64,000 bases of DNA from an uncultured Chloroflexia bacterium (lineage in GTDB: Bacteria; Chloroflexota; Limnocylindria; QHBO01), in assembly GCA_963799675.1 (NCBI GenBank), contig CAWCXQ010000019.1, forward strand, positions 261,701 through 325,700, written 5' to 3'. Each line of letters opens with the position of its first letter. Within the stretch, counting starts at the first letter, position 1. The notes beneath the pieces are model-generated. The model was not told where the DNA came from, did no database searches, and worked only from the letters and a program-made list of their open reading frames with translations. Of this stretch, positions 42,001-51,368 are shown piece after piece. The translations under genes were made by a program, and so were the position numbers.

Positions 42001-43003
42001 CAACGCCGCGACGGCCGTCCTGACCACGGTCGGCACCGCCGATAACACGGCCGGCGTGGTCGACGGCTTCTTCGCCGGCGTGGTCGACGAGGCCCGCATC
42101 TGGAGCGTGGCCCGGACGGCAACCCAGATCAACGCCACCCGGAACGTTCAGGTCACCACCGCCCAGACCAACCTGCTGGGCGTCTGGAACATGAACGAGG
42201 GCAGCGGCACGACCCTCGCCGACAACTCGGGCAACGGCATCACCGGCACGGCCGTCGGGGCGCCGACCTGGGTGGCCGGCTTCCCGCTGTCCGCCGCCGC
42301 CCCGGTCTCCTATCCGGCGGTCATCCGCAACTCGGTCTGGTACCTGCGCGACAGCAACACCAGCGCGCCGGGCACGATCACCAGCTTCGCCTACGGCAAC
42401 CCGACCGACACCCCGATCTTCGGCGACTGGAATAACGACGGCGTGGCGACGCCGGGTGTGGTGCGGGTGACCGGCGGCTCGCTGACCTGGTACCTGCGCA
42501 ACACCAATAGCGCCGGCGCACCCGACACCATCTTCGCCTGGGGCGCGGCCACCGACAAGCCGCTGGTCGGCGACTGGGACGGCAACGGCACTGACACGCC
42601 GGGCCTGCTGCGCGCCAGCAACCACTGGATCCTGTCCAACTCGGGCGACGGCACGAGCGGGATCGTCGACTTCTTCTGGGGCAGCGGCGCCGCCAACGAG
42701 AAGCCGATCGTGGGCGACTGGGACGGGAACGGCAGCGACACCCCCGGCTTGGTGCGGGCCGGCAACTGGTGGATCCTCAAAACCAGCAACGACGCGAGCA
42801 GCACCGTCACCGACTTCTTCTGGGGCACCACCAGCGAGACCGCCTGGGTGGTGGGCGACTGGAACGGCGACGGCAGCGACAACCCCGGCATCCTGCGTGG
42901 CAACTGGTGGCTGCTGCGCGACTCCAACACCGGCGGCGGGGCCACCGACCGCGACTTCTTCTTCGGCCTCAACAGCGACACCTTCCGCGTGTGGGCGCAG
43001 TGA
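39015..43003 (+). CDS. Giant secreted surface protein B: signal peptide, Ig-like domain, calcineurin-like metallophosphoesterase, 2 x (cadherin-like + LamG), shared C-terminal module; single frame break in a T-run at 39240-39243
   Basis: RBS GAGG before ATG 39015. Signal 'FVAIGALLATTAAAVAPGRVLAA'. 'PTLSVHVSDPDNNSMTVTF' continues as 'GRPYLSGVFVQIAQ..QWYVTVSDGTSTITGPTWTFRT' in the -1 frame (ORF 39266-43003, 1245 aa). 'GVGDIAAC', 'GDNVYPDG', 'PGNHDW', 'DGHDHVYER'. Confidence 0.85.
40255..42292 (+). repeat. Tandem coding repeat, 2 x 1020 bp (340 aa: cadherin-like domain + LamG domain)
   Basis: 'ggcgccggtcgcggtcgccgacagc' occurs at 40261 and 41281. The two 340-aa translations are identical. Confidence 0.9.
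42287..43003 (+). repeat. Shared C-terminal cassette, copy 2 (ends ...RVWAQ*)
   Basis: Same 717-bp sequence as 37785-38501 except for the last two sense codons (gcg cag versus gcc aag). Confidence 0.9.
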
Positions 43004-43032
43004 GCAATAACAATCAAGAGGGAGGCACTGTG

Positions 43033-45612
43033 ATGTTCGTCGGCAGTCGTTCTCGCCGCACGGACGCGGCGATGCGGGGGAGCACGCTTGCCGTGACCCT
43101 CGCGTTGTTGGCCACTCTGCTTGCGGTTGTCGCGCCAACCGCCGTCTCGGCCGCCGGCCAGCAGGCCCTCCAGCTCAACGGCTCGAGCCAGTACGCGACC
43201 CTGGGTTCCACCAGCCAGCTGCGCAGCGCGACCTTCACCGTCGAACTGTGGTTCAAGCGGACCGGGGCCGGGGTCGGCACCAACACCGGCACCGGCGGCA
43301 TCCCCGATGCCATCCCGCTCATCACCAAGGGCCGAGCGGAGGGCGAGACCCCGGCTGCCGATATCAACTACTTCCTGGGCATCGACGCCAGCAGCGGCCA
43401 GCTGGTGGCCGACTTCGAGGAGGGCGCGGGCGGCGCGAGCCCCAGCCTCAACCACCCGATCACGGCGGCCACCGTGGTGACCCTGAACGTGTGGCACCAC
43501 GCCGCGGCGACCTATGACGGCTCGACCTGGAACCTCTATCTCGACGGGGTGCTCGACGGCACCCTGGCCGTCGGGGTCACCCATCCGGCCAACGCCGCGA
43601 CGGCCGTCCTGACCACGGTCGGCACCGCCGATAACACGGCCGGCGTGGTCGACGGCTTCTTCGCCGGCGTGGTCGACGAGGCCCGCATCTGGAGCGTGGC
43701 CCGGACGGCAACCCAGATCAACGCCACCCGGAACGTTCAGGTCACCACCGCCCAGACCAACCTGCTGGGCGTCTGGAACATGAACGAGGGCAGCGGCACG
43801 ACCCTCGCCGACAACTCGGGCAACGGCATCACCGGCACGGCCGTCGGGGCGCCGACCTGGGTGGCCGGCTTCCCGCTGTCCGGCAACCAGGCGCCGGTCG
43901 CGGTCGCCGACAGCTACAGCACGCCGCTCAACACGGCCAAGGTCGTGGCGGCGCCCGGCGTCCTCGCCAACGACACCGATGCCGACGGCAATCCGCTGAC
44001 CGCGATCCTTAACGCCAACGTGACCCACGGCAGCCTGAGCCTGGCCGCCAATGGTGGTTTCACCTATACCCCGACATCCGGCTACACCGGGCCGGACTCG
44101 TTTACCTACCACGCCAACGACGGCACCCTCAACTCGAACACCGTGACGGTCAGCCTGACGGTCGGCGGAGCGGTCACCAATCAGGCCCTCCAGCTCAACG
44201 GCTCGAGCCAGTACGCGACCCTGGGTTCCACCAGCCAGCTGCGCAGCGCGACCTTCACCGTCGAACTGTGGTTCAAGCGGACCGGGGCCGGGGTCGGCAC
44301 CAACACCGGCACCGGCGGCATCCCCGATGCCATCCCGCTCATCACCAAGGGCCGAGCGGAGGGCGAGACCCCGGCTGCCGATATCAACTACTTCCTGGGC
44401 ATCGACGCCAGCAGCGGCCAGCTGGTGGCCGACTTCGAGGAGGGCGCGGGCGGCGCGAGCCCCAGCCTCAACCACCCGATCACGGCGGCCACCGTGGTGA
44501 CCCTGAACGTGTGGCACCACGCCGCGGCGACCTATGACGGCTCGACCTGGAACCTCTATCTCGACGGGGTGCTCGACGGCACCCTGGCCGTCGGGGTCAC
44601 CCATCCGGCCAACGCCGCGACGGCCGTCCTGACCACGGTCGGCACCGCCGATAACACGGCCGGCGTGGTCGACGGCTTCTTCGCCGGCGTGGTCGACGAG
44701 GCCCGCATCTGGAGCGTGGCCCGGACGGCAACCCAGATCAACGCCACCCGGAACGTTCAGGTCACCACCGCCCAGACCAACCTGCTGGGCGTCTGGAACA
44801 TGAACGAGGGCAGCGGCACGACCCTCGCCGACAACTCGGGCAACGGCATCACCGGCACGGCCGTCGGGGCGCCGACCTGGGTGGCCGGCTTCCCGCTGTC
44901 CGCCGCCGCCCCGGTCTCCTATCCGGCGGTCATCCGCAACTCGGTCTGGTACCTGCGCGACAGCAACACCAGCGCGCCGGGCACGATCACCAGCTTCGCC
45001 TACGGCAACCCGACCGACACCCCGATCTTCGGCGACTGGAATAACGACGGCGTGGCGACGCCGGGTGTGGTGCGGGTGACCGGCGGCTCGCTGACCTGGT
45101 ACCTGCGCAACACCAATAGCGCCGGCGCACCCGACACCATCTTCGCCTGGGGCGCGGCCACCGACAAGCCGCTGGTCGGCGACTGGGACGGCAACGGCAC
45201 TGACACGCCGGGCCTGCTGCGCGCCAGCAACCACTGGATCCTGTCCAACTCGGGCGACGGCACGAGCGGGATCGTCGACTTCTTCTGGGGCAGCGGCGCC
45301 GCCAACGAGAAGCCGATCGTGGGCGACTGGGACGGGAACGGCAGCGACACCCCCGGCTTGGTGCGGGCCGGCAACTGGTGGATCCTCAAAACCAGCAACG
45401 ACGCGAGCAGCACCGTCACCGACTTCTTCTGGGGCACCACCAGCGAGACCGCCTGGGTGGTGGGCGACTGGAACGGCGACGGCAGCGACAACCCCGGCAT
45501 CCTGCGTGGCAACTGGTGGCTGCTGCGCGACTCCAACACCGGCGGCGGGGCCACCGACCGCGACTTCTTCTTCGGCCTCAACAGCGACACCTTCCGCGTG
45601 TGGGCCAAGTGA
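43033..45612 (+). CDS. Secreted surface protein C: signal peptide, LamG, cadherin-like, LamG, shared C-terminal module
   Basis: RBS GAGGGAGG 8 nt before ATG 43033, which lies 29 nt after the gene B stop. Signal 'LAVTLALLATLLAVVAPTAVSAA'. 859 aa, uninterrupted. Confidence 0.9.
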   Translation: MFVGSRSRRTDAAMRGSTLAVTLALLATLLAVVAPTAVSAAGQQALQLNGSSQYATLGSTSQLRSATFTVELWFKRTGAGVGTNTGTGGIPDAIPLITKGRAEGETPAADINYFLGIDASSGQLVADFEEGAGGASPSLNHPITAATVVTLNVWHHAAATYDGSTWNLYLDGVLDGTLAVGVTHPANAATAVLTTVGTADNTAGVVDGFFAGVVDEARIWSVARTATQINATRNVQVTTAQTNLLGVWNMNEGSGTTLADNSGNGITGTAVGAPTWVAGFPLSGNQAPVAVADSYSTPLNTAKVVAAPGVLANDTDADGNPLTAILNANVTHGSLSLAANGGFTYTPTSGYTGPDSFTYHANDGTLNSNTVTVSLTVGGAVTNQALQLNGSSQYATLGSTSQLRSATFTVELWFKRTGAGVGTNTGTGGIPDAIPLITKGRAEGETPAADINYFLGIDASSGQLVADFEEGAGGASPSLNHPITAATVVTLNVWHHAAATYDGSTWNLYLDGVLDGTLAVGVTHPANAATAVLTTVGTADNTAGVVDGFFAGVVDEARIWSVARTATQINATRNVQVTTAQTNLLGVWNMNEGSGTTLADNSGNGITGTAVGAPTWVAGFPLSAAAPVSYPAVIRNSVWYLRDSNTSAPGTITSFAYGNPTDTPIFGDWNNDGVATPGVVRVTGGSLTWYLRNTNSAGAPDTIFAWGAATDKPLVGDWDGNGTDTPGLLRASNHWILSNSGDGTSGIVDFFWGSGAANEKPIVGDWDGNGSDTPGLVRAGNWWILKTSNDASSTVTDFFWGTTSETAWVVGDWNGDGSDNPGILRGNWWLLRDSNTGGGATDRDFFFGLNSDTFRVWAK
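43162..45612 (+). repeat. 2451-bp duplicate of 40553-43003 (LamG + cadherin-like + LamG + cassette)
   Basis: The offset is 2609 bp at both ends. The translations are identical apart from the terminal AK versus AQ. Confidence 0.85.
44896..45612 (+). repeat. Shared C-terminal cassette, copy 3 (ends ...RVWAK*)
   Basis: Same 717-bp sequence as copy 1, including gcc aag tga. Confidence 0.9.
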
Positions 45613-48600
45613 GAGACCGGAGAGATGGGCGGCGGGGCGGCGCTGCTCGCCGCCGTCCTCGGGCGGCTCGGGGCGGCGGTCGGACCAGCACCCGCGGAAG
45701 CAGTGGACCGAGCGGCAATATCGCGCTCTCGCTGCCGCCGGTTGTAAGGCGGGTGTCGTTTCTGTGATCGGAAACGGGACTCGTTTCGTCCGTCGATCGC
45801 TTGGAATCCCGCGACGTCGCCGCATATCGGGAAGGAGACTCTGATGTTCCTCCGCAGTCGTTGTCGCCGCGCGGGCGCGGCGATGCGGGGGGCCACGCTT
45901 GCCGTGAGCTTCGCGCTTGTGGCCACGTTGTTCTCCGGGGTCGCGGGCCGCCCGCTATTGGCCGCCGGCCAGCAGGCGCTCCAGCTGAACGGCTCGAGCC
46001 AGTACGCGACCCTCGGCAACACCAGTCAGCTGCGCAGCGCGACGTTCACGGTCGAGTTGTGGTTCAAGCGGACCGGGGCCGGGCTCGGGACGAGCACCGG
46101 TAGCGGCGGCATCGCGAGCGCGATCCCCTTGATCACGAAGGGTCGGGCAGACGGTGAGTCTCCGGCAGCCGATATCAACTACTTCCTGGGCATCGACGCG
46201 ACGAGCGGAAAGCTCGTGGGGGACTTCGAGGAGGGCGCCAGCGGGGCCACACCCAGCGCGAACCACCCCATCACCGGTACGGCCGTCATCGCCGTCGGTG
46301 CGACATGGCACCACGCGGCCGCGACCTATGATGGTTCGACCTGGAGCCTCTATCTCGATGGCGTCCTTGACGGCACCCTGGCCGTTGGCAGGCCAGCCAA
46401 CGCAGCGACAGCAACGCTCACGTCTCTGGGGAGTGCGCTCACCAATGCAGGTGTCGCGGCCGGCTTCTTCGCGGGCGCTGTCGACGAGGTCCGGATCTGG
46501 AGCGTCGCGCGCACCCTGGCCCAGATCAATGCGACCCGGAACACCGAGATCACGACTCCCCAGACCAACCTGCTGGGCGTTTGGAACCTCAACGAGGGCA
46601 GTGGCACGAGCCTTGCCGACAACTCGGGCAACGCCATCACCGGCACCGCGGTCGGTGTGCCGACCCCGCCGACCTGGACGCCGGGCTTCGATGCCAACCA
46701 GCCTCCGGTCGCCGTGGCCGACAGCTACACGACCGCACAGGACACGGCCAAAGTCGTGGCCGCGCCGGGCGTCCTTGCCAACGACACCGATGCGGAATCC
46801 AACCCGCTGACCGCCTTGCTGGTCGCAAACGTCACCCACGGGACCCTCAGTCTCGCCTCCAACGGCGGCTTCACGTACACGCCGACGACGACCTACAACG
46901 GGCCGGACTCGTTTACCTACAAGGCAAACGACGGCACCAGCGATTCGAATACGGTCACTGTCTCACTTGGCGTTGGGAACCTCGGCATGCAGCTGAACGG
47001 AACCAGCCAGTACGCCACCTTGGGGACGACAGCTCAACTGCGCAGTGCGACGTTCACCGTCGAGCTGTGGTTCAAGCGAACCGGTGCCGGGGTCGGCACG
47101 GGTACCGGGACCGGCGGAATCACTAGCGCGATTCCTTTGATCACGAAGGGACGAATGGAGGCCGAGACCGCCGCCGCAGACGTGAACTATTTCCTGGGCA
47201 TCGACGCCAGCAGCGGCAAGCTCGTGGCCGACTTCGAGGAAGGCCAGACCGGGGCCACCCCGAGCGCGAACCATCCGATCACCGCCACCACCGTGGTGAC
47301 GCAGAACGTCTGGCACCATGCCGCGGCGACGTATGACGGGACCACCTGGAACCTCTACCTTGACGGCATCCTCGACGGCACCCTCGCCGTCGGCGCCACC
47401 CATCCAGCCAATGCCGCGACCGCGGTGCTGACCACGGTCGGCAGCTCGCTCGACACCACCGGCACGCCCGCCGGCTTCTTCGCCGGCGCCGCCGACGAGG
47501 TCCGGATCTGGAGCGTCGCCCGCACGCTCAGCCAGATCAACGCCACCCGGACCGTCGAGGTCACCAGCGCCCAGGCCAACCTCCTCGGCGTCTGGAACCT
47601 CAACGAGGGCGGCGGCACCAGCCTGGCCGATAAGTCGGGCAACGGGATCACCGGGACCGCGGTCGGCTCGCCGATCCGGGTCGCAGGCTTCGTCGTGCCG
47701 GACAGCACGCCACCCGCGGCGCCCACTGGTCTGGTCGCGACGCCCACTCTCACCGGGATCGACCTGTCCTGGAACGCGAACTCCGAGTCCGATCTGGCGG
47801 GCTATAACATCTATCGCGGCACAACACCTGGCGTCGGGACGGGTGGCACACCCATAAATGGCGCTCTTCTCACCAGTCCCACGTACACCGACGGCTCCCT
47901 GGCTTCGAGCAGCCTGACCTCGGGCCAGACCTACTACTACGTCGTGACCGCGGTCGACACGTCCGCCAACAAGTCGGCTGCGTCCAACGAAGACTCCGCT
48001 GTCGCACCAGCGGTCAACCGTGGCCTTCAACTCAACGGCACAAGCCAATACGTGACGTTCGGCGCAGCGCCCGGCCTCGACGCTTCGAGCTTCACGATCG
48101 AGCTTTGGTTTTACCAGACTGGCGCCGGCACCCCTACCAGCACTGGCAGTACCGGTCTCAACGCCGTCCCGCTGGTGACAAAGGGGCGCGCTGAGGCCGA
48201 AGCCTCGAACGTCGACATGAACTGGTTCCTGGGGTCGATGCCGCGACGAACAAGCTCGCCGCGGACTTCGAGGAGGGCGCATCGGGGACCACGCCGGGCG
48301 CGAACCACCCGATCATCGGCAGCACGATCGTAACGATGAACGCGTGGCACCACGCTGCTGCAACGTATAACGGCACGGCCTGGAGGCTCTACCTCGATGG
48401 TGCTGCCGACGGGACCCTGACCGTCGGGGAGCCTGCCCGTTCTGACAGCATCCAGCACGCGGCGCTCGGCACGGCCATGACCTCCGCCGGCGCCGCCGCG
48501 GGCTTCTTCGCGGGGGTCGTCGATGAGGCGCGGGTCTGGAGCGTTGCCCGAACGCGCGCGCAGATCCAGGCGACCAAGAACACCGAGCTGACCGGCGCGC

Positions 48601-48732
48601 AGACGACCTGAGGGCCGCTGGGGCCTCAACGAGGGCAGCGGCACGATCGCGGCCGATACGTCCACGAACGGTCGAAACGGAACGGTGGTTGCCGCGCCAA
48701 CGCGCGTCGCGGGCTTCGTGCCGCCTCCTGCC

Positions 48733-50616
48733 GTCAACCAGGCGCCGGTCTGCTCGACGGTGGCCCTCAGCACGCCCGTCAACACCGCCGGTGATGCGGC
48801 ACCCTCGTGCACCGACGCCGAGAACGACACGCTCACCTACGCCATCGTCGCCCAGCCGACCCACGGACGGCCTCGGTCGTGGCCGGCCAGCTGCACTACG
48901 TGCCGGCCAGCGGCTACGAGGGTTCCGACAGCTTCACCTACAAGGCCAACGACGGCAGCCTCGACTCCAACACCGCCACCGTCAACGTGACGGTGACCCA
49001 CGTCAACCAGGCGCCGGTCTGCTCGACGGTGGCCCTCAGCACGCCCGTCAACACCGCCGGTGATGCGGCACCCTCGTGCACCGACGCCGAGAACGACACG
49101 CTCACCTACGCCATCGTCGCCCAGCCGACCCACGGCACGGCCTCGGTCGTGGCCGGCCAGCTGCACTACGTGCCGGCCAGCGGCTACGAGGGTTCCGACA
49201 GCTTCACCTACAAGGCCAACGACGGCAGCCTCGACTCCAACACCGCCACCGTCAACGTGACGGTGACCCACGTCAACCAGGCGCCGGTCTGCTCGACGGT
49301 GGCCCTCAGCACGCCCGTCAACACCGCCGGTGATGCGGCACCCTCGTGCACCGACGCCGAGAACGACACGCTCACCTACGCCATCGTCGCCCAGCCGACC
49401 ACGGCACGGCCTCGGTCGTGGCCGGCCAGCTGCACGACGTGCCGGCCAGCGGCTACGAGGGTTCCGACAGCTTCACCTACAAGGCCAACGACGGCAGCCT
49501 CGACTCCAACACCGCCACCGTCAACGTGACGGTGACCCACGTCAACCAGGCGCCGGTCTGCTCGACGGTGGCCCTCAGCACGCCCGTCAACACCGCCGGT
49601 GATGCGGCACCCCGTGCACCGACGCCGAGAACGACACGCTCACCTACGCCATCGTCGCCCAGCCGACCCACGGCACGGCCTCGGTCGTGGCCGGCCAGCT
49701 GCACTACGTGCCGGCCAGCGGCTACGAGGGTTCCGACAGCTTCACCTACAAGGCCAACGACGGCAGCCTCGACTCCAACACCGCCACCGTCAACGTGACG
49801 GTGACCCACGTCAACCAGGCGCCGGTCTGCTCGACGGTGGCCCTCAGCACGCCCGTCAACACCGCCGGTGATGCGGCACCCTCGTGCACCGACGCCGAGA
49901 ACGACACGCTCACCTACGCCATCGTCGCCCAGCCGACCCACGGCACGGCCTCGGTCGTGGCCGGCCAGCTGCACTACGTGCCGGCCAGCGGCTACGAGGG
50001 TTCCGACAGCTTCACCTACAAGGCCAACGACGGCAGCCTCGACTCCAACACCGCCACCGTCAACGTGACGGTGACCCACGTCAACCAGGCGCCGGTCTGC
50101 TCGACGGGGCCCTCAGCACGCCCGTCAACACCGCCGGTGATGCGGCACCCTCGTGCACCGACGCCGAGAACGACACGCTCACCTACGCCATCGTCGCCCA
50201 GCCGACCCACGGCACGGCCTCGGTCGTGGCCGGCCAGCTGCACTACGTGCCGGCCAGCGGCTACAAGGGTTCCGACAGCTTCACCTACAAGGCCAACGAC
50301 GGCAGCCTCGACTCCAACACCGCCACCGTCAACGTGACGGTGACCCACGTCAACCAGGCGCCGGTCTGCTCGACGGTGGCCCTCAGCACGCCCGTCAACA
50401 CCGCCGGTGATGCGGCACCCTCGTGCACCGACGCCGAGAACGACACGCTCACCTACGCCATCGTCGCCCAGCCGACCCACGGCACGGCCTCGGTCGTGGC
50501 CGGCCAGCTGCACTACGTGCCGGCCAGCGGCTACGAGGGTTCCGACAGCTTCACCTACAAGGCCAACGACGGCAGCCTCGACTCCAACACCGCCACCGTC
50601 AACGTGACGGTGACAG
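48733..50616 (+). repeat. Tandem coding repeat, 7 copies x 270 bp (90 aa cadherin-like unit with CS...SC cysteine pair)
   Basis: 'gtcaaccaggcgccggtctgctcgacgg' occurs at 48733, 49002, 49272, 49541, 49810, 50080, 50349. Spacings are 269/270/269/269/270/269, so four copies each lack one base at a different position. Confidence 0.9.
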
Positions 50617-50663
50617 CGCCCACCGAGCCCGTGAGCCTGCCGGCCGTGATCCGCGACGGGGCC

Positions 50664-51329
50664 TGGTACCTGCGCGACAGCAACACCAGCGCGCCGGGCA
50701 CGATCACCAGCTTCGCCTACGGCAACCCGACCGACACCCCGATCTTCGGCGACTGGAATAACGACGGCGTGGCGACGCCGGGTGTGGTGCGGGTGACCGG
50801 CGGCTCGCTGACCTGGTACCTGCGCAACACCAATAGCGCCGGCGCACCCGACACCATCTTCGCCTGGGGCGCGGCCACCGACAAGCCGCTGGTCGGCGAC
50901 TGGGACGGCAACGGCACTGACACGCCGGGCCTGCTGCGCGCCAGCAACCACTGGATCCTGTCCAACTCGGGCGACGGCACGAGCGGGATCGTCGACTTCT
51001 TCTGGGGCAGCGGCGCCGCCAACGAGAAGCCGATCGTGGGCGACTGGGACGGGAACGGCAGCGACACCCCCGGCTTGGTGCGGGCCGGCAACTGGTGGAT
51101 CCTCAAAACCAGCAACGACGCGAGCAGCACCGTCACCGACTTCTTCTGGGGCACCACCAGCGAGACCGCCTGGGTGGTGGGCGACTGGAACGGCGACGGC
51201 AGCGACAACCCCGGCATCCTGCGTGGCAACTGGTGGCTGCTGCGCGACTCCAACACCGGCGGCGGGGCCACCGACCGCGACTTCTTCTTCGGCCTCAACA
51301 GCGACACCTTCCGCGTGTGGGCGCAGTGA
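50664..51329 (+). repeat. Shared C-terminal cassette, copy 4 (5'-truncated identity; ends ...RVWAQ*)
   Basis: Identical to the other copies from 'tggtacctgcgcgacagc' onward. The preceding ~15 codons are diverged (APTEPVSLPAVIRDGA versus AAAPVSYPAVIRNSV). Confidence 0.85.
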
Positions 51330-51368
51330 GCGCGGTCGGCTGGAACTAACGAGACTCGGGAAGACTAG

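Larger units (their letters stand above)
45844..51329 (+). pseudogene. Giant secreted surface protein D: signal peptide, LamG, cadherin-like, LamG, FN3, LamG, 7 x Cys-containing cadherin-like repeats, shared C-terminal module; six frame breaks between 48.2 and 50.1 kb
   Basis: RBS GGAAGGAG before ATG 45844. The first 829 aa are uninterrupted. Frame changes near 48243, 48607, 48866, 49398, 49609 and 50106. The final 481 aa (ORF 49884-51329) are in frame to the cassette. Confidence 0.8.

Noticed and set aside
40553-44895. Four near-identical LamG copies as template/variable repeats of a diversity-generating retroelement.
   Set aside because: The copies are identical, with no adenine-specific mismatches, and no reverse transcriptase or accessory gene is present in the window.
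45613-45843. Small hairpins (cgtttc-N8-gaaacg near 45755-45775) in the spacer between genes C and D as a riboswitch or attenuator.
   Set aside because: The stems are short (6 bp and 4 bp), I recognise no conserved riboswitch core, and such stems arise easily by chance. It is noted only as the probable promoter region for gene D.
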